Assembly: GCA_965207885.1 (NCBI GenBank)
Contig: OZ242311.1
Span: forward strand, 2,304,001-2,368,000
From: Candidatus Latescibacterota bacterium
GTDB taxonomy: Bacteria; Latescibacterota; UBA2968
Reading direction: 5' to 3'
Length of the DNA: 64,000 bases
The translations under genes were made by a program, and so were the position numbers. The notes under the pieces are model-generated. The model searched no databases, was not told the origin of the DNA, and saw nothing but the letters and a program-made list of their open reading frames with translations. Shown here piece after piece: positions 9,542 to 19,882 of the stretch; the stretch's first letter is position 1, and the number at the start of each line of letters is the position of its first letter.

Positions 9542-11038
9542 ATGGATAGAGTGATCATTGCAGAGTGCAAGCAGGAAGTCTCGACGTTTAATCCCGTATC
9601 CAGTCAGTATGACGATTTTCGAATCGTGCGTGGGCCTGATATGCTCGATTTCCATCGCGGCGTCGGTCACGAAGTCGGCGGTGCCCTGAGCGTTTTGGAC
9701 CGGAAAGAATCGTTTCACCTCGTGCCCACATACGGAGCATGTGCGAACACGTCTGGAGGTGTGCTTTCAAAAGAAGGCTTTGACCGTTTGAGCGATGAGT
9801 TTCTCGAAAGTATCCGGGATGCTGGTGAAGTGGATGGAGCTTATTTCTCGCTTCACGGTGCCATGCAGGCCGAGAGCGAAAATGATCCCGAAGGCTACTT
9901 GCTACAGGAAGCCCGTCGCATCCTCGGTGACCAGATTCCGATTGTGGTATCCCTGGACCTGCACGGTATCCTCACTGATCGGATGCTCGAGCATTGTGAC
10001 GCTGTCGTCACGTACCACACCTATCCGCATATAGACTTCGTCGCAACAGGAAAGCGCGCGGCCTTTCTGTTGACCAGGATGCTGGATGGAAATATTCGTC
10101 CCGTGACTGCAAGGGTCAAGATCCCGGCGCTGGTGCGTGGCGATGAAATGATTACTGAGACCGGGGCGATTCGCGAATGTATTCAACTGGCGAAGCAGAT
10201 CGAAACCAGCGAAGTGGGTCTTTCTGCCGGCGTGATGTGGGGAAACCCGTTCACCGATGTTCCGGAGCTTCGAACAAATAGTATCGTTGTCATGGACGGC
10301 GATGAAGCCGCCGCCATGCAATACGCGGTGGATCTGGCAAACCGGTTCTGGAAGCATCACGAAAAGATGCAGGTGCCCCTGACTGGCCTCGGAGAAGGCG
10401 TCCGGCTCGCTGCAGAAGTCGATTCCGGAACCGTCGTCATGATGGATGCAGCCGACGCGACCAGCTCCGGTGCATCGGGTGATAGCAATGCCATTGTGCG
10501 AGAACTGATGCGTCAGGAATATCCCGGGTGGGTCCTTGCACCGGTCGTGGATCCCGCTGCCGTCCAGAAAGCTTTCGACGCGGGCATAGGCGCCACCATT
10601 CGCACTACCGTAGGCGGTGCGTTCGACAGGGCCAGGTATGAACCTCTGGAAATAGAGGCCCGGGTTCACCTGCTTTCAGATGGCGTTTTTCGCAGCGAGA
10701 CCTTCGGCTGGCACTGGAATTCGGGAAATACTGCCGTTCTCAAGGTGGATAATTATACTCTTGTGGTCGGTACAAGGCCAGTCAGCCTGTTTGACCGATC
10801 GTGGTTTTACGCTCACGGGCAGGATCCTGAGAAATTCGATCTGGTTGTCGTAAAGTCGCCTCATTGCGAACCCCACATGTTTGCCGACTGGTGCGCGAAA
10901 CTGATCAATGTTGACGCCCCCGGGGCGACGAGCGCGAACTTGCAGAGCCTCGGACATACGATTTGTAATCGACCGATTTTTCCGCTGGATGATGTCATGG
11001 CATTTTCTCCGAAAGCGGATGTATTCCGTCGGAATTGA
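9542..11038 (+). CDS. M81-family metallopeptidase (MlrC-like)
   Basis: QEVSTF, LHGAM, DPEG, LDLHG, YHTYPH.D, D..DATSSG, VVKS. ATG at 9542 follows GGAG. Confidence 0.9.
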   Translation: MDRVIIAECKQEVSTFNPVSSQYDDFRIVRGPDMLDFHRGVGHEVGGALSVLDRKESFHLVPTYGACANTSGGVLSKEGFDRLSDEFLESIRDAGEVDGAYFSLHGAMQAESENDPEGYLLQEARRILGDQIPIVVSLDLHGILTDRMLEHCDAVVTYHTYPHIDFVATGKRAAFLLTRMLDGNIRPVTARVKIPALVRGDEMITETGAIRECIQLAKQIETSEVGLSAGVMWGNPFTDVPELRTNSIVVMDGDEAAAMQYAVDLANRFWKHHEKMQVPLTGLGEGVRLAAEVDSGTVVMMDAADATSSGASGDSNAIVRELMRQEYPGWVLAPVVDPAAVQKAFDAGIGATIRTTVGGAFDRARYEPLEIEARVHLLSDGVFRSETFGWHWNSGNTAVLKVDNYTLVVGTRPVSLFDRSWFYAHGQDPEKFDLVVVKSPHCEPHMFADWCAKLINVDAPGATSANLQSLGHTICNRPIFPLDDVMAFSPKADVFRRN

Positions 11039-11119
11039 ATGGGGCATGTCATCACCAACACATATATTGGATCACCCTCGCTTCCATCCAGCATTGGGAC
11101 TGATACAGAAAGAACGCCT

Positions 11120-12850
11120 ATGCCACACGCCAACCAGATTGATCCCATCCGATTTGAGGTCATCCGCAATGCGCTGTCCGAAGCCACGGAAGAAATGGCG
11201 ATTGCCCTGCGCCGCAGTGCTTACTCCACCAATATCAAAACCCGAGCCGACTTCTCCTGTGTCCTTTTTGACAGCCGGGTTCGGGTCGTCGCCCAGGCTT
11301 TCGCGCAGCCCGTCCACCTCGGCTCCCTGTCCTTACTTGTCCCCAGGATGGTGGAAGCATACGGGGCTGAAAATCTCGGCCCGGGTGACGCCATTTTGGC
11401 CAACGACCCCTATCTGGGTGGCGTACACCTGAATGACATCACCCTCATTTCACCCGTGTACCACAACAACATTTGCCTGGGATATGTTGCCAACCTGGCT
11501 CACCATGTAGATGTAGGTGGAGGGGCCCCTGCGAGTATCGGTGCTTTCAGGGAAGTCTTTCAAGAGGGTGTCATCATCCCGCCGGTCAAGCTCGTTGAGC
11601 GGGGCGAACTCGTCCCCAATATCTTCGATCTCATCCTCGCGCAAATTCGTTCGAAACGCGAAATGGCAGGCGATCTGCGTGCCCAAATCGCAGCCAACAA
11701 CACAGGTGTTCGCCGCTTATGTGCCCTCGCCGATCGCATGGGCAGCGACACGGTGTCGTTCTATATTCGCGAATTGATTGCCTACACGGAACGGCGCACG
11801 CGCGTGGAAATTGGAAATTTGCCGAATGGCGATTTTTCGGCGGATGGACAGGTGGATAACGACGGTTTTTCGGACCGACCAGTACACCTTGCCGCGCGAG
11901 TCAGTATTCAGAATGATCAGATATGCTTCGATTTTACCGGCTCTGACGTTCAGCGTAGCGCTCCGGTGAATTCAACCGTGGCGATGACTTTTTCCGCCTG
12001 TGCCTATGTTCTCAAGTGCCTCATTGATCCGGATGTGCCGGTCAATGCAGGTTTCTATAATGCGGTTCAAATGGTCGCGCCCGAGGGAACGGTTGTCAAC
12101 TGCTCTCCCCACGCACCGGTTGTCGGAGGCTGGGAGACCCAATTGCGGCTGACAGATGTCATGCTAAGGGCTTTGGCCCCCGCATTTCCCGATCACATTC
12201 CAGCAGGTACCAAAGCCATGGTATGTCATGCGGGGTTCGGCGGAATTATCGCCAGCACAGGCGAGTATTACTGCTTTTTGGAAACCCTGGCCGGTGGCTA
12301 TGGTGGTCGTGCCACGAGCGATGGGCCGGACGCCGTTCAGACCCATGGGCAGAACACCGAAAACGCACCCATTGAGGAAACAGAAATCAACTACCCTGTG
12401 CGCATTGCGCGCTACGAACTGGTCGAAAACTCCGAAGGTCCTGGTAAATTCCGGGGCGGATTGGGCCTCCGGCGTGATTACCTCTTCCCCGACTATGAAA
12501 CCTCCTTCACCATCCTCGCTGACCGGGATAGGATGGGCCCCAGGGGCCTATTCGGCGGCAAACCTGGTCGCACAGCCAGTTATTTCCTCAAATCGAATGG
12601 AGAAACCGTCCGACTTGGTTCGAAAACTACCGTTCAGCTCCAACCGGGAGACATTGTCAGCTATCGCACCTGCGGTGGCGGCGGCTACGGTCTGCCCGCG
12701 AAACGGGATCCCGAACGCGTGTTGCGCGATGTTCGAAACGGTATGGTCAGCCGGGAACGAGCAAGGGAGATCTACCGAACGGAGATCGATACGGAGGCCT
12801 GGCGTGTGAACGATGGAGAAACGATGAGGTTGCGGAGCGAGATTACCTGA
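11120..12850 (+). CDS. hydantoinase B / 5-oxoprolinase-family beta subunit (pair 1)
   Basis: DPIRFEVI, R.A.S.NIK.RADFSC, PVHLGS, NDPY.GG.HLND, HHVDVGG, GGYG, GPGKFRGG, GGGGYG. Start taken at MPHANQ. Confidence 0.92.
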   Translation: MPHANQIDPIRFEVIRNALSEATEEMAIALRRSAYSTNIKTRADFSCVLFDSRVRVVAQAFAQPVHLGSLSLLVPRMVEAYGAENLGPGDAILANDPYLGGVHLNDITLISPVYHNNICLGYVANLAHHVDVGGGAPASIGAFREVFQEGVIIPPVKLVERGELVPNIFDLILAQIRSKREMAGDLRAQIAANNTGVRRLCALADRMGSDTVSFYIRELIAYTERRTRVEIGNLPNGDFSADGQVDNDGFSDRPVHLAARVSIQNDQICFDFTGSDVQRSAPVNSTVAMTFSACAYVLKCLIDPDVPVNAGFYNAVQMVAPEGTVVNCSPHAPVVGGWETQLRLTDVMLRALAPAFPDHIPAGTKAMVCHAGFGGIIASTGEYYCFLETLAGGYGGRATSDGPDAVQTHGQNTENAPIEETEINYPVRIARYELVENSEGPGKFRGGLGLRRDYLFPDYETSFTILADRDRMGPRGLFGGKPGRTASYFLKSNGETVRLGSKTTVQLQPGDIVSYRTCGGGGYGLPAKRDPERVLRDVRNGMVSRERAREIYRTEIDTEAWRVNDGETMRLRSEIT

Positions 12851-12884
12851 TCATCCATCCACCCGGTTTTGGAGAAACATAAAA

Positions 12885-14966
12885 ATGGCGTACCGGCTGG
12901 GCATTGACATTGGTGGAACATTCACAGATGCAACGCTCATCGATGAAGAAACAGGAGAGATCCGCGTCGGTAAGGTGTCGTCCACGCCGCGGGATCCTTC
13001 CCTCGGATTTATGGAAGCCACCCGTCGAATTTTGGGCGAAGCAGAAATTGAACCGGCTGACGTGGGCTATATCGTACACGGAACCACAGTGGTCACTAAT
13101 GCGATTATCGAAGGCAAAACCGCTCGGACGGGTTTTATCACCACAGGTGGCTTCCGCGATCTGCTTGAAATCGCGCGCCAGACCCGTCCATCGCTTTACG
13201 ACCTGCAGTTTGAAAAGCCCCGACCGCTGGTACCGCGCTACCTCTGTTTCGGTGTGCCGGAGCGTCTGGATGCGAGGGGAAATATTCTCGAGCCTCTCGA
13301 TGAAAAAGCCGTCTCCGCCGCGGCGAGCCAACTGCGCCGGGAGGGTGTGGAATCGATCGCGGTCTGCCTACTTCACGCCTACACCAATCCCGTTCACGAG
13401 CAGCGAGTCGGAGAGATTCTGAGGAGGGACTTTCCCGAAGCGATGGTGTCGCTGTCTTCGGAAGTATCACCGGAATTCCGGGAGTATTTCCGGGCCAGCA
13501 CCACCGTCATCAACGCCTGTATTCGGCCTGTTGCTGCGCGCTATTTGGAAAACATCCAGGCCCGGTTGCGAGAAGAAGGGTTAATGGCGCAACTTTTGGT
13601 TATGCAAAGCAGTGGGGGAGTTCTGACCTTTGGAGCGGCAGCTAAAAAACCGGTTTTTCTCGTCGAATCAGGTCCCGCGGCTGGCGTGATCGCAGCTACC
13701 TATCTGGGCGATATACTGGGGCATCCCAATGTGATCTCTTTTGATATGGGAGGGACAACGGCCAAAGCGGGCCTCGTACAGGATGGGCGGCCCCAGGTGA
13801 CTAAGGATTACGAGGTGGGGGCTATTGCTCAGGCGGGCGCAGCAAGAGGCGGGGGATATCCCATCCGCACACCCGTCATCGACCTGGTGGAAATCGGCGC
13901 CGGTGGTGGGTCGATCGCCTGGATAGACCCGGGTGGTGTGTTGCGGGTGGGACCGCACAGCGCGGGAGCCGATCCCGGTCCGGTGTGCTACGGAAAGGGC
14001 GGCGATGATCCCACGATCACCGATGCCAACCTGGTGCTGGGGCGCCTCAACCCGGATTACTTTTTAGGCGGTGAGATCGCACTGGACGCAGAAGCCGCTC
14101 AAATGGCGATTCAGCAGAAATGCGCTGATCCGCTGGGACTGGATCCCGTAGAAGCCGCCCACGGGATTGTGGAAATCGCCAACGCGGCCATGGTCAACGC
14201 CCTTCGGCTGGTTTCTGTTCAGCGGGGATACGATCCGAGAGAATTCGTGCTGGTGGCCTTCGGCGGGGCAGGCCCGGTACATGCCAATCGCCTGATGGCA
14301 GAAATGGAGATTCCGACTACCCTGATTCCGATGAGTCCGGGAACCACTTCGGCGATGGGCCTGCTCGTGACAGATCTCAAGCACGATTATTCGACAACAT
14401 TCATATGCCAGGTAGATAAGCTGGATCTCAAAGAGGTGGCGACAGCGTTCCGCAATATGGAACAACAGGGGAGGGCGATACTGGAGGAAGAAGGGGTGCA
14501 GGACAAGGACAAGGACTTCCTGCGCCAGGTAGATATGCGCTATGTAGGCCAGAGCTATGAACTGACCGTGCCTCTTTCTGGAACTGAATTCACACCAGCC
14601 GGGATTGAAGCCCTGCTGATCTACTTTCATCGGGAACACGACCGGGCCTACGGATACAGCGCCCCTGAAGAACCTGCGGAATTTGTCAATCTTCGCCTTT
14701 CAGCAATTGGTCGAATCGCAAAACCCCGACTCCGTAGCCTCGATTCAAATTCAGACGTTCCGGCTCTCAAAACCAGCCGGCCCGTTTACTTTTCCGAGCG
14801 CAACGAATTTGTGGATTGTCCGATTTACGACCGCTATAACCTCGCCGCGGGGAATATTTTGGATGGACCTGCGATCGTTGAAGAAATTGATTCCACGACC
14901 GTTATCCACCCCGGATATCGGGGAACCGTAGATACGTACGGGAACCTGATTTTGACCCGGGTATAG
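12885..14966 (+). CDS. hydantoinase A / 5-oxoprolinase-family ATP-binding subunit (pair 1)
   Basis: GIDIGGTFTD, HGTTVVTNA, ESGPAAG, DMGGTT, IGAGGGS, SAGADPGP, FGGAGP, RYVGQ. Confidence 0.93.
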   Translation: MAYRLGIDIGGTFTDATLIDEETGEIRVGKVSSTPRDPSLGFMEATRRILGEAEIEPADVGYIVHGTTVVTNAIIEGKTARTGFITTGGFRDLLEIARQTRPSLYDLQFEKPRPLVPRYLCFGVPERLDARGNILEPLDEKAVSAAASQLRREGVESIAVCLLHAYTNPVHEQRVGEILRRDFPEAMVSLSSEVSPEFREYFRASTTVINACIRPVAARYLENIQARLREEGLMAQLLVMQSSGGVLTFGAAAKKPVFLVESGPAAGVIAATYLGDILGHPNVISFDMGGTTAKAGLVQDGRPQVTKDYEVGAIAQAGAARGGGYPIRTPVIDLVEIGAGGGSIAWIDPGGVLRVGPHSAGADPGPVCYGKGGDDPTITDANLVLGRLNPDYFLGGEIALDAEAAQMAIQQKCADPLGLDPVEAAHGIVEIANAAMVNALRLVSVQRGYDPREFVLVAFGGAGPVHANRLMAEMEIPTTLIPMSPGTTSAMGLLVTDLKHDYSTTFICQVDKLDLKEVATAFRNMEQQGRAILEEEGVQDKDKDFLRQVDMRYVGQSYELTVPLSGTEFTPAGIEALLIYFHREHDRAYGYSAPEEPAEFVNLRLSAIGRIAKPRLRSLDSNSDVPALKTSRPVYFSERNEFVDCPIYDRYNLAAGNILDGPAIVEEIDSTTVIHPGYRGTVDTYGNLILTRV

Positions 14967-15014
14967 GGCAGAGCGAGACTTCTGGAATACACTGCCATGG
15001 CAGAGGAGCAAAGG

Positions 15015-16925
15015 ATGTCTCATACTGAAGCTGAATACGGAATCGTCCTGTCGAAAAACGTCATGGTCTCCATGCGGGACGGTACTCGTCTGGCCACAGA
15101 TATTTACCGCCCGGCACGCGATGGAGATCCACTGCCGGGACCCTTTCCCACAATTCTGTGTCGCACCCCGTATGACAAATCCGATGCACGCTATGAGGAA
15201 ATAGGAGACTTCTTTACGCCACACGGGTATGTGACTGTGCTCCAGGACCTGCGAGGCCGACACCTTTCTGAAGGTTTGGGTCAGTACTTCCACGTTGCCA
15301 ACATCAATGACGGTCTGGACGGCTATGATACTGTTGAATGGATCGCTGCCCAACCATGGTCAAACAAACGCGTGGGGGCTGTTGGCAGTTCTTTCGCGGC
15401 TCTGGTGCAGACACGAATGGCGTTTCACCGTCCGCCGCATCTCACCGCCATCTGGCCAGACGTAACACCTATTAACAGCTATCACCACCAGTCACGAGAA
15501 GGCGGAGCCATGCAGATGCACATGTTCTGGGCGCTTTACCTCCATGCTCAGGACGCACAGGAAATCCAGAATGACCCTGAAGCGCAGGACGCTGTCTGGA
15601 ACGATCTCCGCGGGATTCGCGAGCTTCTCGTTTCGATGCCGTTTCAGCCCGGTCAAACTGCTCTATCCGCAATTCCCAATCTCGAAAAAACGCTTTTTGA
15701 CTACTATCATCGGGGAGAATACGATAGTTTCTGGGAGCGGGAATACAACGATTTCGAGCGGAATTTCGAACGCCACGCAGATATTCCTGGCACCTATTCA
15801 AGCGGCTGGTACGACCCGTACGCGGTAGCCGTCACGGGCTATTTTGCCGCAATGGCCAAACAAAACTCTTCGCCGCAGCGACTGGTGATGGGCCCCTGGA
15901 ATCACGTGGGGATGAGAGGGGATTCTTCTTTCACGGGAGATGTAGATTTTGGATCTGATAGTGTTTGGGGTGTAAGCCGCTACTTCGAAGAGCAACACCG
16001 GTTTTTTGACGCGTGGCTAAGAGACGAGTCTTCGGGAAAGGAAGACGGTCCACCTGTGAGTATATTTGTGATGGGCGGGGGAACAGGGCGCAAAACAGAC
16101 GAGGGAAAATACCATCACGGAGGAAGATGGCGTCGTGAGTGGGAGTGGCCGTTGACCCGTACCCGTTCCATTCAGTACCACTTTCATTCGCAAGGCCTGC
16201 TGAGTACGGATGAGCCTGATGAGGAAAGCTCTCCCTTGTCCTTCACCTACGATCCCACCAATCCGGTACCCACGATTGGAGGCAGTCTGTGCGGTATCAT
16301 GGAACTCCCGGAGGATGATGGAGACCTGGACCAGATGTGGAGCCGGTTTCTCTCTCCTGTCACGCGACTGCGCAACATCGTCATTCCCGGGCCCGCCCAT
16401 CAAAAGGAATCTGCCGACGTATTTGGCGCGAATCCTCCCTACCAGCTTTTGGCGGATCGACCGGATGTGCTGGTCTTTCAGACGTTTCCTCTGGAGGAGG
16501 ATCTGGAAGTAACCGGATCCGCCATCGTTACATTGTGGATTTCTTCCTCGGCTCCCGATACCGATTTCACTGCGAAGCTCATTGACCTTGCGCCGGCCAA
16601 CGATGACTATCCGGATGGATATGCAATGAACCTCGTGGATTCCGTGATTCGCACGCGGTATCGAAATAGCTGGGAACAGGAAGAACTCATGGAACCCGGT
16701 GCAGTCTATCGGGTTCAGATTCCTCTGCCCCCAACCAGTAATTTGTTTCAAGCCGGGCATCGGATTCGAATCGATATATCCAGTAGCAATTTCCCCCGCC
16801 TGGACCTGAATCCCAATACGGGCGAACCGATGGGGAGACATACACAGATGGTACCCGCACGCAACACGGTATATATGGACAAGCAGTGCCCGTCGGGCGT
16901 ACTTCTGCCGACGATCCCGGTCTAA
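15015..16925 (+). CDS. CocE/NonD-family serine hydrolase
   Basis: MRDGTRLATDIYRP, RTPY, QDLRGR..SEG, nucleophile elbow GSSFAA, GWYD, GPWNH, DTDFTAKL, SSSNFPR. Alternative start at 14997. Confidence 0.9.
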   Translation: MSHTEAEYGIVLSKNVMVSMRDGTRLATDIYRPARDGDPLPGPFPTILCRTPYDKSDARYEEIGDFFTPHGYVTVLQDLRGRHLSEGLGQYFHVANINDGLDGYDTVEWIAAQPWSNKRVGAVGSSFAALVQTRMAFHRPPHLTAIWPDVTPINSYHHQSREGGAMQMHMFWALYLHAQDAQEIQNDPEAQDAVWNDLRGIRELLVSMPFQPGQTALSAIPNLEKTLFDYYHRGEYDSFWEREYNDFERNFERHADIPGTYSSGWYDPYAVAVTGYFAAMAKQNSSPQRLVMGPWNHVGMRGDSSFTGDVDFGSDSVWGVSRYFEEQHRFFDAWLRDESSGKEDGPPVSIFVMGGGTGRKTDEGKYHHGGRWRREWEWPLTRTRSIQYHFHSQGLLSTDEPDEESSPLSFTYDPTNPVPTIGGSLCGIMELPEDDGDLDQMWSRFLSPVTRLRNIVIPGPAHQKESADVFGANPPYQLLADRPDVLVFQTFPLEEDLEVTGSAIVTLWISSSAPDTDFTAKLIDLAPANDDYPDGYAMNLVDSVIRTRYRNSWEQEELMEPGAVYRVQIPLPPTSNLFQAGHRIRIDISSSNFPRLDLNPNTGEPMGRHTQMVPARNTVYMDKQCPSGVLLPTIPV

Positions 16926-16945
16926 GCATTTATAGGAGAGAACAT

Positions 16946-18247
16946 ATGGGAACTCGATTACAGGCCGGATTTGCACGAACGGATATTACCCCAGATCTGG
17001 GATGTCTGCTGCTGGGCTACCCGGCCCCAGACCGCAGAGCCGAATCCGTACGTGACCGACTCTACGCGAATGCGCTCTACCTGGAACAAAATAGCGTGAG
17101 AGCCGTTATCTTGAGCCTTGATGTGTGCATTGTAGATGATGTCGAAGTCGAGTCCATTCGTCGGGGAATCCTCGATCGAACAGGCATTCCTTCGGATCAT
17201 ATCACTGTCTGTGCTATCCAGACTCACAGTGGACCCTGCACCATTGATTGCTGGGGATGGAGCGAAAAGGACAAACCGTATATCGATAGGCTCGTCGAGA
17301 GAAGCATTGAAGCCGCCGTCACCGCTGCTCAATCACCCATACCTGTAACTGTAGGCATCGGCACAACGCAGAGTGACGTGGGAGTCAACCGACGGGAGGT
17401 CCTTGAAAACCACGAGGTTGCACTGGGTGTCAATTCCTGGGGGCCTTATGATCCCGAGATGACCCTTTTGCGATTTGAAGGAAAAGATGGGCCGCTTGTC
17501 TCATTGATCCACTACGGCGCGCATCCAACCGTTTTCTCCAGTGCCAACAGGGCAGTGTCCCGCGATTGGCCAGGTGTCATGATCGACCGGGTGGAACACC
17601 TCACGGGCGCTCCGGTTTTCTTTGTCAACGGTGCCGTAGGTGATATCGCCCCCCGCACCAATAGCCTCCGCGCCGTCGGAGATGGCGAAATGGCACTCAT
17701 GGAAGTCGGTTTGCGAGCCGGAATGGATGCGATGCGTGCGTACCGGTCCATCAAGACGTTCCAGGACCTGCCGTTGTCCATCATTAACGGGGACATCATG
17801 ATGCCCTACCGGTCGCTGCCGCCACTGGAAGAAGCCGAGCGGGAGTTCGCCTTGACTAAATCCGAAAAGGATGAGCCAGGGAAGGGCATGTGCGAGTACA
17901 AACACTGGGAAGCCGTTATTCATGCCCACAAAACCGAACCGTTACCTGGCAAAACCTACCGGCAGGTGATCACCGCGCTCGGACCGATTGCGTTCGTCCC
18001 TTTTCCCGGCGAGCCATTCGCAGAAATCGTACTTCGATTGCGCCAGTACAGTCCCTTTCAATATACGCTTTGCGCCAGTACTTCGTGTGGCAGCTATGGC
18101 TATTTCGTCACGCGGGATTCGCTGCACCGCGGCGGGTACGAAGTTTGGGTGGCCAAAGCCTTTGGCGCGTACATTCTGGCGGAGAACATCGACGATGTTC
18201 TGGTCGAAGAAAATCTGGCTCTCCTGCGCAATCTGCACGACCTGTAG
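16946..18247 (+). CDS. neutral-ceramidase-fold amidohydrolase (QTHS variant)
   Basis: DITP, IQTHSGP, NRR, YGAHP, DWPG, GAVGD, GEPF, GGYE. AGGAGA RBS. Confidence 0.8.
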   Translation: MGTRLQAGFARTDITPDLGCLLLGYPAPDRRAESVRDRLYANALYLEQNSVRAVILSLDVCIVDDVEVESIRRGILDRTGIPSDHITVCAIQTHSGPCTIDCWGWSEKDKPYIDRLVERSIEAAVTAAQSPIPVTVGIGTTQSDVGVNRREVLENHEVALGVNSWGPYDPEMTLLRFEGKDGPLVSLIHYGAHPTVFSSANRAVSRDWPGVMIDRVEHLTGAPVFFVNGAVGDIAPRTNSLRAVGDGEMALMEVGLRAGMDAMRAYRSIKTFQDLPLSIINGDIMMPYRSLPPLEEAEREFALTKSEKDEPGKGMCEYKHWEAVIHAHKTEPLPGKTYRQVITALGPIAFVPFPGEPFAEIVLRLRQYSPFQYTLCASTSCGSYGYFVTRDSLHRGGYEVWVAKAFGAYILAENIDDVLVEENLALLRNLHDL

Positions 18248-18304
18248 GCCATCACATTCAGGTTTCACCTATGGATATCCTCCAGGAGAATCAACTTCCG
18301 GGCT

Positions 18305-18330
18305 GTTGACTCTTCGCCTTAGAGGTCAAC
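18305..18330. terminator. possible hairpin at the convergent junction of the two catabolic gene runs
   Basis: GTTGACTCT-tcgcctt-AGAG(G)TCAAC imperfect inverted repeat overlapping the stop of 18326..19882. No U-tract. Confidence 0.3.
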
Positions 18331-19882
18331 CCCTGCGTTCGGCGGCTGAGCCAAAGCCGCCACCGCCGGCCTCGCGCATCGAAATCCGATCACCGGGTGA
18401 CAGCTCGACACGCGATTTGGGGTCGACCAGTTGACCATTGACTTCGTACCGGCGAAGTGCTCCGTCGTCGCCGCCTTGTAGCCCCTTGGCTGCAAATTCG
18501 GTTCGCTGACCCATTAGGGCGATCTCGAGGAGATGGCCGGTGTCATTACGAAAGACCACTTCCTGGCCGTCGCCGCCGCGCCACTTCCCGTCGCCGCCTG
18601 TGTCGGGTAGGATCTCACGCTTTTCGATGGTGATGGACGAGCGGTTTTCCCAGACCTCCGTGGGGATCACAGTCATGTTGGACGGCGCCGGTGTGGCGGC
18701 GCGGCCATCCTGCCCCAGCATAGCACCGAGCCCGCCGGCGAGAAAGAAGAGTGAGGAGATTTCCTCGCCGTCACGGTGACGTCCCTGGACGCTGAAGACA
18801 TTCATCATGGCGGCGTCGGCCTGGACACGGTCCGGCAGGGCCGGCGCCATGGCACCCATCAAGAGCGGGACAACGAAGTGACCCACCGAATGTCGCCCAC
18901 CGGTCGCCCACGGCGGTTGTGCATTGAGGATGCAATGATCGGGTGCCGAGATATCGATCGGCCGTGCCGCGCCGGCATTGTTCGGCAGATTGGGGATCGT
19001 CAGACACTTGATCACGTAGTTGGCCTGGGCGCGGGTGTAACAGAACGGCACGTTAATTGAGGCCCGCACAGGGCCTTCAGTGCCGGTGAAATCTATGGCG
19101 ACATGACTGCCGTTTACTCTGACGTTGGCGGCCAGTTGAATTGGCCGGCCCGGCCCCTCAATTACAATGGCATTGGCATAAGAGCCGTCAGGGATCTCGG
19201 CGATGCGTTCGCACATTGCGGCCTCGGCGTGATCGTTGATGGCGTCGGAGAGTGTTTCGATCTCATCGAGACCGTACTCGTCCATGAACTCCAGCAAGGC
19301 CCGCCCTCCGACTTCGTTACAAGCGACGTTCGCCATCAAATCGCCAACCGTCTGTTCCGGAACGCGGACGTTGGTGCGAACGATATTGAGGAGGAGTTCA
19401 TTTAGCTGCCCACCGTCGCTTAGCTTGCACACGGGAAGGCGCAGGCCCTCGTGGTACACCTCTGTGCAGTCAGACGCCATGCCTTTGCCGCCGATATCTG
19501 GCAGATGCGTGACACTCATGGTGAACCCTGTCAGGCGATCGCCACGAAATACCGGACGCATGACATTGATGTCGAATAAGTGACCGGTGCCCATCCATGG
19601 ATCGTTGGTGGCGATGACATCGCCGGGTTTCAACGTGTTGGCCGGAAACGCACGCAGCATGTGAGCGATGGTCTGTGGTGCCGTTCCGGTGAAGGACGGC
19701 ACCGAGTAGCTGCCCTGCGCCACGAGGTGTGCCCTGGCGTCAAAGATCATACATGACAGGTCGTAGCCCTCTCGAACATTCATGGAGAACGATGTGCGGA
19801 CGAGCGACAGGACGAGTTCGTCGGCAATCGAGACCAGGCGGTCCCATAAGATCTTGAGACTGACGGGATCGTACTGGGTCAT
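18326..19882 (-). CDS. hydantoinase B / oxoprolinase-family beta subunit (pair 2, short form)
   Basis: DPVSL, RTSFS..VRE..DLSC, NDPW.GTGHLFD, HLPDIGG, GGDGKWRGG. Ends right after GGGGFG. Confidence 0.9.
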   Translation of the reverse strand: MTQYDPVSLKILWDRLVSIADELVLSLVRTSFSMNVREGYDLSCMIFDARAHLVAQGSYSVPSFTGTAPQTIAHMLRAFPANTLKPGDVIATNDPWMGTGHLFDINVMRPVFRGDRLTGFTMSVTHLPDIGGKGMASDCTEVYHEGLRLPVCKLSDGGQLNELLLNIVRTNVRVPEQTVGDLMANVACNEVGGRALLEFMDEYGLDEIETLSDAINDHAEAAMCERIAEIPDGSYANAIVIEGPGRPIQLAANVRVNGSHVAIDFTGTEGPVRASINVPFCYTRAQANYVIKCLTIPNLPNNAGAARPIDISAPDHCILNAQPPWATGGRHSVGHFVVPLLMGAMAPALPDRVQADAAMMNVFSVQGRHRDGEEISSLFFLAGGLGAMLGQDGRAATPAPSNMTVIPTEVWENRSSITIEKREILPDTGGDGKWRGGDGQEVVFRNDTGHLLEIALMGQRTEFAAKGLQGGDDGALRRYEVNGQLVDPKSRVELSPGDRISMREAGGGGFGSAAERRG

